A program made the position numbers and the translations under genes. Of a stretch of 64,000 bases of DNA, positions 29,132 to 40,819 are shown piece by piece (position 1 is the first letter of the stretch; every line of letters begins with the position of its first letter). The DNA is taken from contig CASFYR010000062.1 of the NCBI GenBank assembly GCA_949298975.1, forward strand, positions 8 through 64,007, read 5' to 3'. Under the pieces are notes generated by a model. It was not told the DNA's origin. It was given only the letters and a program-made list of their open reading frames with translations, and did no database searches. This stretch comes from an uncultured Bacillota bacterium (lineage in GTDB: Bacteria; Bacillota_I; Bacilli_A; Erysipelotrichales; Erysipelotrichaceae).

Positions 29132-32100
29132 AGATAAAGTCAATGATCGATCAAATAGAACGGTTGCTTAAGGATGACCTTAACAGATCATCGCTTTTAA
29201 GTTACAACAGTGAAATTGAAGAGGCGATCAAACTGGCGATCATGGCTAAAAATAATACAAGACCGCTGGTCGTCATTAAAAGCAGCCCTTATGCCGCCAA
29301 TAAACTTTATGAATTAATAAGCGGTTTTATGAGCGATGACGATATCGCTTTGTATGTACCGGATGAGTCAATGCGTTCCGAAGCGATCGTCGCTTCCTAT
29401 GAAAACCGGGCCATGCGGTTAAACGGTTTATATCGATCGCTGTATTTAAAACCAAAGCTGATTATAACTACGGTTTATGGTCTGATCCGTCATCTGCCTG
29501 CCAAAAGCCGGTTTGACGAAGCAATAATAGAATTAAAGACCGGCGATATCATCAAACAAGAACAGCTGATCGCAAAGCTCAAACGCTCCGGCTACGAGCT
29601 GACCTTAAGAGCAGAAACACCGATGAGTTATGCCAAAAGAGGATCGATCATCGATGTTTTTTCCGTTAATTATGATGATCCGCTAAGAATCGAATTTTTT
29701 GACAATGAGATCGACTCGATCCGTTTTTATGATGTCAATACGCAAAGAACCAAAACCACTACCGATCATTGTACGATTATTTTTGCCAGTGATGTCTTGT
29801 TTACAACAGAACAGAAAGATGAATTAAAGGCGTTAATGACTAATAATCAGTCGTATAAATGGGAGATCGACAGCGATCATTTGTCCCATGACGTCTTTGA
29901 CGGCAGTCTTTATTATTACTTTGCCTTTTTAAACGGTAATTGTCATCTGCTCGATTACTTAAAGGAAGCGGATATCTATGAATCCAATCATGATGAAGAT
30001 CTGGCGCATCTTAAAATATTGCAGGATGAGACTTTTGAATATCTGCGGGAAATGAGCGAAGACAGCGATCTTCCGCTTAGATTTTATGTGTTCGGCGACC
30101 TGCACAAAGAGCTGGCCAAGCAGCCGTTTTTGCAAGGCAAACCGTTTGCTGAAGTCTTTCCTTTGATCGAAGAAGTCGATTTACCGTCTTTGCCGCTGAA
30201 TCAACTTGTTTCGATCATTGCCAAGAAGAATAAAAAGATCTGTCTTGTGGTCAGCGACCATGAAACGAGTGAAGTGATCAATGCTTTGATCGCCGCTGCT
30301 ATGCCCTACACCCTTGATGATGGGGAATTAAAAGACGGAATAACTGTCATGATTGCCGAGCTGGCCTGCGGTTTTGAGATCAAGAAACATTCGCTGGTCG
30401 TTTATACGGCCAAAGAATTATTCAACCGCCGTAAAACAATCGGCAAATATGCTCGTAAATATGAAGAAGCGACCCGGCTTAATTCCTATGAAGAATTAAG
30501 GGTCGGCGATTATGTTGTTCATGATCAGTACGGTATCGGCCAGTATGTCGGGATTCAAAGACGTAAAGTCAATAATATCGAGTCCGATTACTTGAAGATC
30601 ATTTATCGCGGCAATGATGAATTGCTGGTGCCGCTTAATCAGTTTTCTTTGGTCCGCAAGTATGTATCCAAAGAAGGAGTTGTGCCGCGTTTACATCGTT
30701 TGGGATCCAAGGAGTGGTCGGCAACTAAAGCTAAGGTTGCCGAAAGCGTTGATGATCTGGCGGAAAGATTAGTGGCTTTATATGCCTTCAGAAACGAAAG
30801 CAACGGTTTCGCTTTCAGCAAAGACAACGAGATCCAAAGAGCTTTTGAAGAAGAATTCAGTTATGATCTGACCGACGATCAACGAAAAGCGGTCAGGGAA
30901 GTAAAGCGGGATATGGAATCAAAAAAACCAATGGATCGCCTGCTTTGCGGCGATGTCGGCTTTGGCAAAACGGAAGTGGCGATCGAAGCCAGCATGAAAG
31001 CCGTACTCGATCAAAAACAGGTAGCTTATCTATGTCCGACCACCGTTTTATCTATGCAGCATTATAAGACTTTTAAACAGCGTTTTAAGAATTATCCGGT
31101 CAATATCGCTATCTTGAATCGTTATGTCGCTTTAGAAGAAGTCAAACGAGTGATCAAAGAAGTAAAAGAAGGTAAGATCGATATTCTGATCGGGACCCAC
31201 CGGATCTTATCTAAAGACATTGTCTTTAAGGATCTGGGACTTTTGGTTATCGATGAGGAGCAGCGTTTTGGCGTGGAACAAAAAGAGCGGATAAAAGAAT
31301 TAAAGAATACGATCGATGTCCTGTCGCTGTCAGCCACCCCGATCCCGCGTACCTTACAGATGTCGCTGGTGGGATTAAGAGGGCTCAGCACTCTTGATAC
31401 CCCGCCTAAAAACCGCTATCCTGTCCAGACCTATGTTACCGAAAGAAAGATGGGGTTGATCAAAGAAGTCATTGAAAGAGAGCTTTCACGCAGTGGCCAG
31501 GTATTCTTTTTGCATAACGATGTAAGCGAGATCTATTCATTGGCGCAAAAGATCCGGCAATTAATCAGGGACGCCAGAGTTATGGTGGCTCACGGTCAGA
31601 TGAACAGCGATGAATTAGAAGATGTGATGAAAGATTTCTATGAAGGCAAAGCTGACGTATTGATCTGTACGACGATCATTGAAACCGGGATCGATATCCC
31701 TAATGCCAATACCATCATCGTGGATAATGCGCAAAATTTCGGTTTGGCCCAGTTATATCAGATCAAGGGCCGGGTCGGTCGCAGCGACCGGATCGCTTAC
31801 GCCTATCTTTTGATCCCGCCGAAAAAGCAGTTAAGCGAAATCGGACAGAAACGGCTGACTTCAATCAAAGAGTTTACTAATTTGGGCAGCGGTTATAAGA
31901 TCGCGATGCGGGATCTGGCAATCAGAGGAGCCGGGGACATGCTGGGAGCGAAACAATCCGGTTTTATTGATAATGTCGGTTTAGATCTTTACTTAAGTAT
32001 GCTGGATGAAGCGATCAAACGCAAAAAAGATCCGGATAATTATCAGGTTCCATTCAAACCGAAGATCAAGACCCCAATTCCGCTGGCTTCCTATATTCCG

Positions 32101-32514
32101 GATGATTTTACCGACAATGATTATGAACGGCTGGAGCTCTATCAGCAGTTAGAAAAGATCAGCGACCGCGATACCTTGCTGGCATATTATTTGCAGATTA
32201 CGGATGAATTTGGCCGTTTGCCAAAACCGATCGAGGCGCTGTTTGAAAAGAAAAAGCTGGAATTGTGGCAAGAAGAAGACCGTTTGGAAAAAGTTGAGGT
32301 CAAAAACGGTATGACGACGGTATACCTGTCGGTCAAAACTTCTGATCGGATCGATGGAATGAAACTGTTTGAATACTGCAACGAGCTTTCCAAGGACATC
32401 CGGATCAGATACCGGCGGTCAATGATCGAATTATCGATGGCCAACAATGCTGACCGCAGCAAGCTTTTGCAGGTGCTTGATCATTTAGATGAGGTAATGA
32501 AAAATGAGGATTGA
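29128..32514 (+). CDS. mfd: Transcription-repair coupling factor Mfd
   Basis: 1128 aa. UvrB-homology N-terminal part, CarD/RID region (VGDYVVHDQYGIG), SF2 helicase motifs (GDVGFGKTE, DEEQRFG) and TRG region. Confidence 0.95.
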   Translation: MKIKSMIDQIERLLKDDLNRSSLLSYNSEIEEAIKLAIMAKNNTRPLVVIKSSPYAANKLYELISGFMSDDDIALYVPDESMRSEAIVASYENRAMRLNGLYRSLYLKPKLIITTVYGLIRHLPAKSRFDEAIIELKTGDIIKQEQLIAKLKRSGYELTLRAETPMSYAKRGSIIDVFSVNYDDPLRIEFFDNEIDSIRFYDVNTQRTKTTTDHCTIIFASDVLFTTEQKDELKALMTNNQSYKWEIDSDHLSHDVFDGSLYYYFAFLNGNCHLLDYLKEADIYESNHDEDLAHLKILQDETFEYLREMSEDSDLPLRFYVFGDLHKELAKQPFLQGKPFAEVFPLIEEVDLPSLPLNQLVSIIAKKNKKICLVVSDHETSEVINALIAAAMPYTLDDGELKDGITVMIAELACGFEIKKHSLVVYTAKELFNRRKTIGKYARKYEEATRLNSYEELRVGDYVVHDQYGIGQYVGIQRRKVNNIESDYLKIIYRGNDELLVPLNQFSLVRKYVSKEGVVPRLHRLGSKEWSATKAKVAESVDDLAERLVALYAFRNESNGFAFSKDNEIQRAFEEEFSYDLTDDQRKAVREVKRDMESKKPMDRLLCGDVGFGKTEVAIEASMKAVLDQKQVAYLCPTTVLSMQHYKTFKQRFKNYPVNIAILNRYVALEEVKRVIKEVKEGKIDILIGTHRILSKDIVFKDLGLLVIDEEQRFGVEQKERIKELKNTIDVLSLSATPIPRTLQMSLVGLRGLSTLDTPPKNRYPVQTYVTERKMGLIKEVIERELSRSGQVFFLHNDVSEIYSLAQKIRQLIRDARVMVAHGQMNSDELEDVMKDFYEGKADVLICTTIIETGIDIPNANTIIVDNAQNFGLAQLYQIKGRVGRSDRIAYAYLLIPPKKQLSEIGQKRLTSIKEFTNLGSGYKIAMRDLAIRGAGDMLGAKQSGFIDNVGLDLYLSMLDEAIKRKKDPDNYQVPFKPKIKTPIPLASYIPDDFTDNDYERLELYQQLEKISDRDTLLAYYLQITDEFGRLPKPIEALFEKKKLELWQEEDRLEKVEVKNGMTTVYLSVKTSDRIDGMKLFEYCNELSKDIRIRYRRSMIELSMANNADRSKLLQVLDHLDEVMKNED

Positions 32515-32770
32515 TAAATATTTAAAAGTAGCCCGGGTCTTAAAACGCCGGGTAGTAGCTAAAGAATTGGCGGAAGAAGGACGGCTTTTGCTTAACGGCA
32601 AGCCGGCCAAAGCCGCATCCGAAGTCAAGGTTGCCGATGAGATCGACATCGTTTTCGGCCATCGTCATCTGAAGATCAGGATTACTGATATCAAAGAACA
32701 TGTAAAAAAAGAGGAGTCGGTTACTCTTTATGAGGTCATCAGCGAAGATAAGACGACAGACTCTTTATGA
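32504..32770 (+). CDS. S4-domain RNA-binding protein (YabO/Hsp15-like)
   Basis: 88 aa, MRIDKYLKVARVLKRR S4 motif. Follows mfd as in Bacillus. Confidence 0.8.
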   Translation: MRIDKYLKVARVLKRRVVAKELAEEGRLLLNGKPAKAASEVKVADEIDIVFGHRHLKIRITDIKEHVKKEESVTLYEVISEDKTTDSL

Positions 32771-32798
32771 TTTGGCGCAGTTATAGTATAATACAGGC

Positions 32799-33221
32799 AT
32801 GAGCAATAAAAAGAATAAAGTCAGGATCAAAAGCAGCGTATTTAAAGTGATCGGAATCGTATTGATTCTCGTATCAATCTATCTTTTGACCGGAGTTGTA
32901 AAAGATGTATATTCGATGATCGAACTAAAACAGCGTTCAGAAGTGGCTTCGCAGGAACTGGAAAAACTGAAAGCCGAGAACGCCGAACTGATCTCTCAGA
33001 AGAATAAACTGGAAGATGACGACTATGTTCAATCATATGCCAGAGGCAATTACATGTTTTCCAAAGACGGAGAACAGATCTTTTATCTGCCATCAGACAG
33101 CGACGAAATCATTAATGATGATATTCCGACCGGCCGCAGCAGTGAAAAGAGCGAGGAGAGTGATACGGAACCGGCGGCGCAAAGCGATGCGGCAGATTCC
33201 GAAACTACTGAAAGTGAATAG
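32799..33221 (+). CDS. divIC: Septum formation initiator (DivIC/FtsB family)
   Basis: N-terminal TM followed by a leucine-zipper-like coiled coil (ELEKLKAENAELISQKNKLEDDDY). Synteny after yabO. Confidence 0.7.
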   Translation: MSNKKNKVRIKSSVFKVIGIVLILVSIYLLTGVVKDVYSMIELKQRSEVASQELEKLKAENAELISQKNKLEDDDYVQSYARGNYMFSKDGEQIFYLPSDSDEIINDDIPTGRSSEKSEESDTEPAAQSDAADSETTESE

Positions 33222-33243
33222 AAAGCCGTTGGCTTTCTTTTTC
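33219..33243 (+). terminator. Intrinsic terminator after divIC
   Basis: AGAAAGCC-gtt-GGCTTTCT followed by TTTT. Confidence 0.7.
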
Positions 33244-33257
33244 ATAGGGAGGATCAG

Positions 33258-34202
33258 ATGAAAAGAGTATATTGTATCGGAGAGATGCTGATCGACATGG
33301 TCGGTGTCGAAAACAAGGGTTTGATCAATGGTGAGATATTCGCCAAAAAAGAAGGAGGTGCACCGTTCAATGTTGCCTGCACGATCCAAAAACTGGGCGG
33401 AGAATCCTTTTTTCTGGGTCAGATCGGTTCCGATGATTTCGGAAAGTTTTTAGATCAGATCCTGACAAAGGAGAGGGTCGGCAAAGACTATGTCCGCTAT
33501 GGCGGCCATACCACTTTGGCTTTTGTCAGTCTTGATGAAAACGGCGAGCGTTCCTTTTCGTTTGTACGGGGTTCTGACCGTGAATATGACTTAAGCGATG
33601 AAACGATTGGCCAATTGATCAAGGATGAAGCGATTTTTCACTTTGGCGCTGCTACGGCGTTTTTGGGTGGACCGTTGGAAAAAAGCTGTCAAAAACTGTT
33701 CAAAGCTGCTAAAGATGCAGGTAAGATGATCAGTTTTGATCCCAATTACCGGGATACTTTGATTAATGCCGATCTATTGCCGGATTACCGGCAGAAGTGT
33801 CTGGCTTTCATGGCAGACAGCTCATTAATCAAGATGAGCGAAGAAGAGGCTTGCTTGCTTTTTGAATGCCGTTTGCTGGACGATGCTCTTGCCAAATTGA
33901 AAAAGATAACCAAAGGAGCGATCCTGATCACGCTTGGAGCCAAAGGGTCGCGCTTGCTGATCGGTGATCATGACGAGATCATTCCGTCAATCGAAGTCAA
34001 ACAAATTGATGCCACCGGTGCCGGCGATGCCTTTATCGGCGCAGTTTTAGCCCAACTGGCATCTTTTGATCAGGATAAAGAAACAGGAATTGCCAAATGG
34101 CGGGATATCGTGCGTTACGCCAACATCGTCGGTGCCATTACCTGTCAAAAACACGGTGCCAATGTTGCGCTCAATAAAGATGAAATAGAAAGATACCTTT
34201 AA
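33258..34202 (+). CDS. PfkB-family sugar kinase (fructokinase-like)
   Basis: GGAPFNVA N-terminal motif and DATGAGDAF PfkB signature 2. Confidence 0.8.
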   Translation: MKRVYCIGEMLIDMVGVENKGLINGEIFAKKEGGAPFNVACTIQKLGGESFFLGQIGSDDFGKFLDQILTKERVGKDYVRYGGHTTLAFVSLDENGERSFSFVRGSDREYDLSDETIGQLIKDEAIFHFGAATAFLGGPLEKSCQKLFKAAKDAGKMISFDPNYRDTLINADLLPDYRQKCLAFMADSSLIKMSEEEACLLFECRLLDDALAKLKKITKGAILITLGAKGSRLLIGDHDEIIPSIEVKQIDATGAGDAFIGAVLAQLASFDQDKETGIAKWRDIVRYANIVGAITCQKHGANVALNKDEIERYL

Positions 34203-34203
34203 A

Positions 34204-34659
34204 ATGACCGATATCTTTATCACAGAGTATCAGCTAAGCGATGATCAGGCGATTGCAGAATTGTTCTATCAGGCGGTGATGGCCGTTGATGAAAAATACT
34301 ATTCTCTGAAACAAAAAACAGTCTGGGTCAAAAATGGGCAAGAAGCTGCTTACTGGGCGCTAAAACTGCAGGGTCATTGTGCCCTTGTTGCCAAAAAGGG
34401 CGATAAAATCGTCGGTTTTGGCGATGTTTACGATGACGGATATCTCGATCATCTCTATATTGCCCCGTCTTACTGGCATAAGGGAGCCGGTTCACTGCTT
34501 TGCGATGCCTTGGAAAAACATTCATTAAGGCCGATCAGAGTTCACGCCTCCAAGATGGCCTATCCCTTCTTTTTAAAAAGAGGGTATGAACTCAAGGAAA
34601 CAAGACAGGTAATAATTGATGATATTTCGTTAACTAATTATCTGATGGTAAAAGAATAA
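34204..34659 (+). CDS. GNAT-family N-acetyltransferase
   Basis: 151 aa, acetyl-CoA-binding pattern (YIAPSYWHKGAGSLL). Confidence 0.75.
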   Translation: MTDIFITEYQLSDDQAIAELFYQAVMAVDEKYYSLKQKTVWVKNGQEAAYWALKLQGHCALVAKKGDKIVGFGDVYDDGYLDHLYIAPSYWHKGAGSLLCDALEKHSLRPIRVHASKMAYPFFLKRGYELKETRQVIIDDISLTNYLMVKE

Positions 34660-34672
34660 GCTGCTGAGCAGC

Positions 34673-35002
34673 TTAATTGATGATACGGCGAATATTGTCT
34701 TTGTTTTGGGCATAACTGCCTTTAAGATGCCGGTTGTCCTTGTTGGCAAAAAACCGCAGCAAACGCAAAACCGCAGCAGCTTTAAAGACCAGCGTCAGTT
34801 TCGTATCAAAATAATGAACGATATACTCTTTTTTCGTTTTCATTGTCTGGAGCGAAGACTGTAAATGATCGATCCTGACCGCGGTGGCTTTAGCTGTCTT
34901 GGCTGTTTTTGACAAAACGGCCAAAAACCGGATGAGAAATCCGGCGGTTATTATAACGGCTATGATCAATGCGATCTTAATCAGCTGATAATAAATATCC
35001 AT
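34673..35002 (-). CDS. Hypothetical small membrane protein (DUF948-like architecture)
   Basis: 109 aa, N-terminal TM followed by predicted helical region. Assignment is tentative. Confidence 0.4.
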   Translation of the reverse strand: MDIYYQLIKIALIIAVIITAGFLIRFLAVLSKTAKTAKATAVRIDHLQSSLQTMKTKKEYIVHYFDTKLTLVFKAAAVLRLLRFFANKDNRHLKGSYAQNKDNIRRIIN

Positions 35003-35006
35003 AACT

Positions 35007-35651
35007 CTATTGTAGCAGATCCTTAAATATTTTGGTGATTTTGTATCCGCAAAAAAGCGGAGTTTTGCCCTTGCTGAAAGATAAGAGATTGGCCGTTATG
35101 TCTTTAGTTGTGGCATAAGTAAAAGTTACCTCTTCGCCATAGTCGATATCAATGATGCTTGCGTTTTGTTTAAGATAATATTCAAGCCGCTCGTTAAGAC
35201 TGTAAGGAACGGTGATTTTATAGACCTGAAGTTCAGCTTCCTCATAAAGAGAAGCTTTTTTTAATCCTTCGCTCACCGCTCCGCCATAAGCTCTGATAAG
35301 GCCGCCGGCGCCCAGCTTGATCCCACCGAAGTAGCGGACAACCAGGGCGGCAGTATTCATCATCCCGTTTTTTTCCAATACGGTCAGGATCGGGATCCCA
35401 GCTGTGCCTGACGGCTCTCCGTCATCACTTGAACGCCGGATATCTTTAGCGATATAAGCGCTGGCGACATGACTGGCGTCATGGTGTTTTTTTCTGATCA
35501 TCAAAAGAAAAGACCGATATTCTTCCAGATCGTCGCAGCGTTTGAGATAGCAGATAAATTCCGATTTTTGAATGATGATATGATGTTCCAAGAGCCCTTC
35601 GATGAACATAACTATATTATAAATAAAAAGCCGGCTTTTCTCTATATGCAA
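35007..35651 (-). CDS. yigZ: YigZ/IMPACT-family protein
   Basis: KSEFICYL, HDASHVASAY and DDGEPSGTAG motifs typical of UPF0029/IMPACT_N. The start may be the internal Met 14 codons in. Confidence 0.8.
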   Translation of the reverse strand: MHIEKSRLFIYNIVMFIEGLLEHHIIIQKSEFICYLKRCDDLEEYRSFLLMIRKKHHDASHVASAYIAKDIRRSSDDGEPSGTAGIPILTVLEKNGMMNTAALVVRYFGGIKLGAGGLIRAYGGAVSEGLKKASLYEEAELQVYKITVPYSLNERLEYYLKQNASIIDIDYGEEVTFTYATTKDITANLLSFSKGKTPLFCGYKITKIFKDLLQ

Positions 35652-35681
35652 TATTTTTTAATTGTGCTATAATCTATCGGT

Positions 35682-37037
35682 ATGACAAGAAGCAGTGATA
35701 AGATGGCCACCTGGCCGATAGGAAAATTATTATTCTCCATGGGCATCCCGGCAGTGCTCTCGATGCTGATTCAGGCCTTGTATAACATTGTCGATACCAT
35801 TTATATCTCGCAATATTCGCAAGACGCTATGTTTGCGATCGGGCTGGTATATCCGATGCAGATGGTCGGGCTCAGTTTGGCGCTGGGAACCGGGGTTGGC
35901 ATTGGGACGCTGGTATCAAGAAGACTGGGAGAAAAAAGGAGAGACGAAGCCTGCCATGTAGCTACGACCGGCATTATTCTGGCTTTTTTCCATATCATTC
36001 TTATTATTTTGCTTGGGGCTTTTGCCGCCAAACCGTTCCTTCATTTATATACCGATCGTCCGGAGATTATTCAATTAGGCTATCAATATTTGTCAATCGT
36101 TATGTTTTTTAATTTTGGACAGATGCTTTCGGTTTGTTTTGAAAGGATGATGCAGGCCCAGGGAAACATGATCATCCCGATGATTTCCTTAATAATCGGA
36201 GCAGTTACTAACATTGTCCTTGATCCGATCATGATTTTTGGTCAGTTCGGATTCCCGGAGATGGGAATTGCCGGCGCAGCCATCGCAACAGTTATCGGCC
36301 AGATCGTCGGCATGTCTGTAGTCGGCGGCGCCGGTCTTTTAGGCAAGCATGAAGTAAAATTAAAATTCAAAGGCTTTGTCTGGGATAAACAGATCGTTAA
36401 GGATATATATGCTGTCGGACTGCCGACAGCAATCATGAACATGATCGGCAGCGTTACGACAACGATGATGAACGGCGTGCTGGTCAAGTATTCGGAAAAT
36501 GCTGTCACCAGCCTTAGTTTATATTTCAAACTGCAGTCCTTTGTCTTTATGCCGATATTCGGCTTTAACCAGGGATCATTGCCGATTTTATCTTATAACT
36601 ATGGCGCCCAGAACAAAGAGCGCTATATGAAGACATTCCGGCTATATCTTTGCTGCGCTTTGGCGTTCATGGTAGCCGGAACCCTGCTTTTCCGCTTTGT
36701 TCCGCAACTGATGCTGTCATTTTTTGCGATGGATGCCAGTTTGGCGGCAATTGCCGAAGTTACGCTTAAAACGATCTGTCTGTCATTTATTCCGGCGGCG
36801 ATCTCGATCGTTTTCTCAACCGTTTTCCAGTCTTTTGGCCGCGGTACTACCTCAATGATCCAGCAAATCTTAAGGCAATTGGGGTTCTTGATCCCGCTGG
36901 CTTATCTTCTGTCATATATCAACGGACTTGATGCCGTGTGGTATGCTTATCCGATTGCCGAAATAATGACAGTCATCATTTTTATTCCGCTGGTAAACCG
37001 AGCTTTTAAAAAAGCCTTTAGAGGAGCAAGTGAATGA
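35682..37037 (+). CDS. MATE-family efflux transporter
   Basis: 451 aa, 12-TM pattern, N-terminal LLFSMGIPAVLSMLIQALYNIVDTIYI MatE motif. Confidence 0.85.
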   Translation: MTRSSDKMATWPIGKLLFSMGIPAVLSMLIQALYNIVDTIYISQYSQDAMFAIGLVYPMQMVGLSLALGTGVGIGTLVSRRLGEKRRDEACHVATTGIILAFFHIILIILLGAFAAKPFLHLYTDRPEIIQLGYQYLSIVMFFNFGQMLSVCFERMMQAQGNMIIPMISLIIGAVTNIVLDPIMIFGQFGFPEMGIAGAAIATVIGQIVGMSVVGGAGLLGKHEVKLKFKGFVWDKQIVKDIYAVGLPTAIMNMIGSVTTTMMNGVLVKYSENAVTSLSLYFKLQSFVFMPIFGFNQGSLPILSYNYGAQNKERYMKTFRLYLCCALAFMVAGTLLFRFVPQLMLSFFAMDASLAAIAEVTLKTICLSFIPAAISIVFSTVFQSFGRGTTSMIQQILRQLGFLIPLAYLLSYINGLDAVWYAYPIAEIMTVIIFIPLVNRAFKKAFRGASE

Positions 37038-37147
37038 AAGATAAAAGTTTAGATGAAGTATTGGCTGAATTGGAAGCAGCCGAGAAGGAATATCAGAATA
37101 AATTGGAAGCTTATCTTGCCCAAAGCGAACAGGATAAAGACCAATAG
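37034..37147 (+). CDS. Candidate 37-aa acidic coiled-coil peptide
   Basis: ATG overlaps the MATE stop (ATGA). GAGGAG SD 7 nt upstream. MKDKSLDEVLAELEAAEKEYQNKLEAYLAQSEQDKDQ. Followed immediately by a strong terminator. Confidence 0.35.
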   Translation: MKDKSLDEVLAELEAAEKEYQNKLEAYLAQSEQDKDQ

Positions 37148-37154
37148 TAATTTC

Positions 37155-37194
37155 AGTCATCATTTCTTAAAAAAGGAAGGATGACTTTTTATTT
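37155..37194 (+). terminator. Intrinsic terminator after the MATE/small-ORF unit
   Basis: 14-position stem AGTCATCATTTCTT/AAGGAAGGATGACT (13 pairs, 1 mismatch), AAAA loop, then TTTTTATTT. Confidence 0.75.
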
Positions 37195-37335
37195 GACGTC
37201 TTGGAAACATCCGTTCAACAGCAGGCAAATAATCGCCGGATAAGCCATTAAATGGAGTAAAGCGCTTGCATAATCAGCCGATGGATAAAATCGATAAAAC
37301 TTTTACCAACAATCAGCAGTTTATATGAGAAATAA

Positions 37336-37365
37336 TTAACAATGCCCCCTAAATAATGTTATAAT
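37336..37365 (+). promoter_or_regulatory. pgk-tpiA-eno promoter
   Basis: TTAACA-N18-TATAAT with extended TG (TGtTATAAT). Confidence 0.5.
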
Positions 37366-37394
37366 TGAGTAGCGAAATAGGAGGAAATTTTCAA

Positions 37395-38594
37395 ATGGCA
37401 AAGAAAATCGTAACAGATTTAGATGTCGCTGGAAAAAAGGTCATTGTTCGTGTTGACTTTAATGTTCCGCACAAAGGTGATGTAATAACTGATGATAACC
37501 GGATTCAGGCTGCATTGCCTACGATCAATTATTTGCTCGAAAAGGGAGCTAAGGTAATCTTGTTGTCTCACTTAGGCAAGGTAAATCATAAAGATCCTGA
37601 AAAGACCGAGGCTGATAAGGCTAAAAACGATATGGCTCCGGTAGCTAAAAGACTGCAGGAACTTGTTGGCAACCACAAGGTTACTTTCGTAAATGCAACC
37701 AGAGGCAAAGAGCTGGAAGACGCTATCAACGCTATGAGCGAAGGCGAGATCGTTTTGATGCAGAATACCCGTTATGAAAAGGGCGAATCAAAGAACGATC
37801 CTGAACTTGGTGCTTATTGGGCATCTTTGGGTGATCTTTATGTATCTGACGCTTTCGGATCAGTACACAGAGCTCACGCTTCAACAGCCGGAATCCCTGC
37901 TCACTTACCAAGCGCTGTTGGTTTCTTGATCGAGAAGGAACTTAAATATTTAGGTCAGGCTTTAGACAATCCAAGCCGTCCGTTTGTCGCGGTATTAGGC
38001 GGTGCCAAAGTATCAGATAAGATCGCGGTAATCGAGAATTTGTTGAAGATTGCCGATAAGGTTATCGTCGGCGGCGGTATGGCTTATACATTCTATGCTG
38101 CTAAGGGCTGGAACGTCGGAACTTCTTTATTAGAGGCTGACAAGATCGAAATCGCCAAAGAATTCATGGAAAAGGGCGGCGATAAATTAGTATTGCCGAT
38201 CGATACCGTAGTCGCTAATGATTTTGATGAACCAACTGACGTCAAGACCGTTGCTTCCAACGAAATTCCTGAAGGGTATATGGGGCTTGATATCGGTCCT
38301 AAGACGATTGAATTATTCACTAAGGAATTAGCGGGAGCTAAAACCGTTTTCTGGAATGGTCCAATGGGCGTTTTCGAAAAACCGGAATTTGCTAAAGGCA
38401 CGATCGGGGTCTGCAAGGCTATTGCGGCACTTGATGGCTGCATGAGCGTTATTGGCGGCGGTGACAGTGCCAGCGCTGCTAAGAACTTGGGTTATGCTGA
38501 TAAGTTCACTCATATCTCGACCGGCGGCGGTGCCAGCTTAGAATATATGGAAGGCAAGGAATTACCGGGAATTGCCGTTATTGAGGAAAAATAA
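37395..38594 (+). CDS. pgk: Phosphoglycerate kinase
   Basis: [26 protein letters not shown]-terminus. AGGAGG SD 10 nt upstream. The ORF-track TTG start at 37365 lies inside the -10 box. Confidence 0.97.
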   Translation: MAKKIVTDLDVAGKKVIVRVDFNVPHKGDVITDDNRIQAALPTINYLLEKGAKVILLSHLGKVNHKDPEKTEADKAKNDMAPVAKRLQELVGNHKVTFVNATRGKELEDAINAMSEGEIVLMQNTRYEKGESKNDPELGAYWASLGDLYVSDAFGSVHRAHASTAGIPAHLPSAVGFLIEKELKYLGQALDNPSRPFVAVLGGAKVSDKIAVIENLLKIADKVIVGGGMAYTFYAAKGWNVGTSLLEADKIEIAKEFMEKGGDKLVLPIDTVVANDFDEPTDVKTVASNEIPEGYMGLDIGPKTIELFTKELAGAKTVFWNGPMGVFEKPEFAKGTIGVCKAIAALDGCMSVIGGGDSASAAKNLGYADKFTHISTGGGASLEYMEGKELPGIAVIEEK

Positions 38595-39338
38595 ATGAGA
38601 AAACCTATTATTGTTGGAAACTGGAAGATGAATAAGACCTGTAAGGAAACGGTCGAATTCATCAAGGCCATTGAAGGAGAATTGAACGATTCTTGCACTT
38701 ATGGCGTAGCTGTTCCTTTTACAGCTTTAAAAGATGCCACGGCAACAGCTAAAAATTTAGTTGTGGCTGCTGAAAACTGCCACTTTGAAGAAAGCGGCGC
38801 ATATACTGGCGAAGTAAGCATTCCAATGCTTAAAGAATTAAATGTTACTCACTGTATCGTCGGCCACTCAGAGAGAAGACAGATGTTTGCCGAAACCGAT
38901 GAAACGGTTAATAAGAAAGTTCATAAACTGATCGAGGCTGATATTACTCCGATCATGTGCATTGGTGAAACTTTAGAACAGTTTGAGGCCAATGAGACCG
39001 AAAAGGTGATCCGCACACAGGTTGCTGCCGGACTTAAAGATCTTTGTCCTAAGTGCGTAGCTAAGATCGTTATTGCTTATGAACCGATCTGGGCTATCGG
39101 TACCGGCAAATCGGCTACTAAAGAAATCGCTGAAAATTCTTGTGCTATCGTCCGTGACGAGGTCAGAAAATTATATGGCGATGAAGCAGCCGACGCAGTC
39201 AGAGTACAATACGGCGGCAGCGTCAAACCGGAAAATATCAAAGAATACATGGCAATGGCAGACATTGACGGCTCCCTGATCGGCGGTGCATCTTTAAAAG
39301 TTGATTCTTTCAAAGCAATTATTGAAGCTACAAAATAA
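38595..39338 (+). CDS. tpiA: Triosephosphate isomerase
   Basis: IVGNWKMNK, GHSERR and AYEPIWAIGTG motifs. Confidence 0.97.
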   Translation: MRKPIIVGNWKMNKTCKETVEFIKAIEGELNDSCTYGVAVPFTALKDATATAKNLVVAAENCHFEESGAYTGEVSIPMLKELNVTHCIVGHSERRQMFAETDETVNKKVHKLIEADITPIMCIGETLEQFEANETEKVIRTQVAAGLKDLCPKCVAKIVIAYEPIWAIGTGKSATKEIAENSCAIVRDEVRKLYGDEAADAVRVQYGGSVKPENIKEYMAMADIDGSLIGGASLKVDSFKAIIEATK

Positions 39339-39364
39339 AGATAGGTTTAAGGAGGAAATTATAA

Positions 39365-40666
<1,302 letters not shown>

Positions 40667-40681
40667 GTTGTTCATTAACTT

Positions 40682-40715
40682 AAAACCACAGGATTTACCT
40701 GTGGTTTTTTATTTT
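40682..40715 (+). terminator. Intrinsic terminator after eno
   Basis: AAAACCACAGG-attta-CCTGTGGTTTT followed by TTATTTT. Confidence 0.85.
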
Positions 40716-40819
40716 GCTGGTCGGCAGATAAAACATTATTAAAATAATCCACCCTTATCTTTTGACTCTTGCATTTATCCTAAATAGGTTTACAATAGCA
40801 AAAGATAAGGAGAAAAACG

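Noticed and set aside
34658-34676. Palindrome AAGCTGCT-g-AGCAGCTT between the GNAT gene and the convergent membrane-protein gene, as a terminator
   Set aside because: It is a perfect 8-bp inverted repeat but has essentially no loop and no U-tract on either strand. It overlaps the GNAT stop codon and ends next to the convergent gene's stop, so it is too ambiguous to call.
37365-37394. Alternative-start extension of pgk ([10 protein letters not shown])
   Set aside because: It begins inside the TATAAT box and includes the AGGAGG SD of the canonical MAKKIV start.
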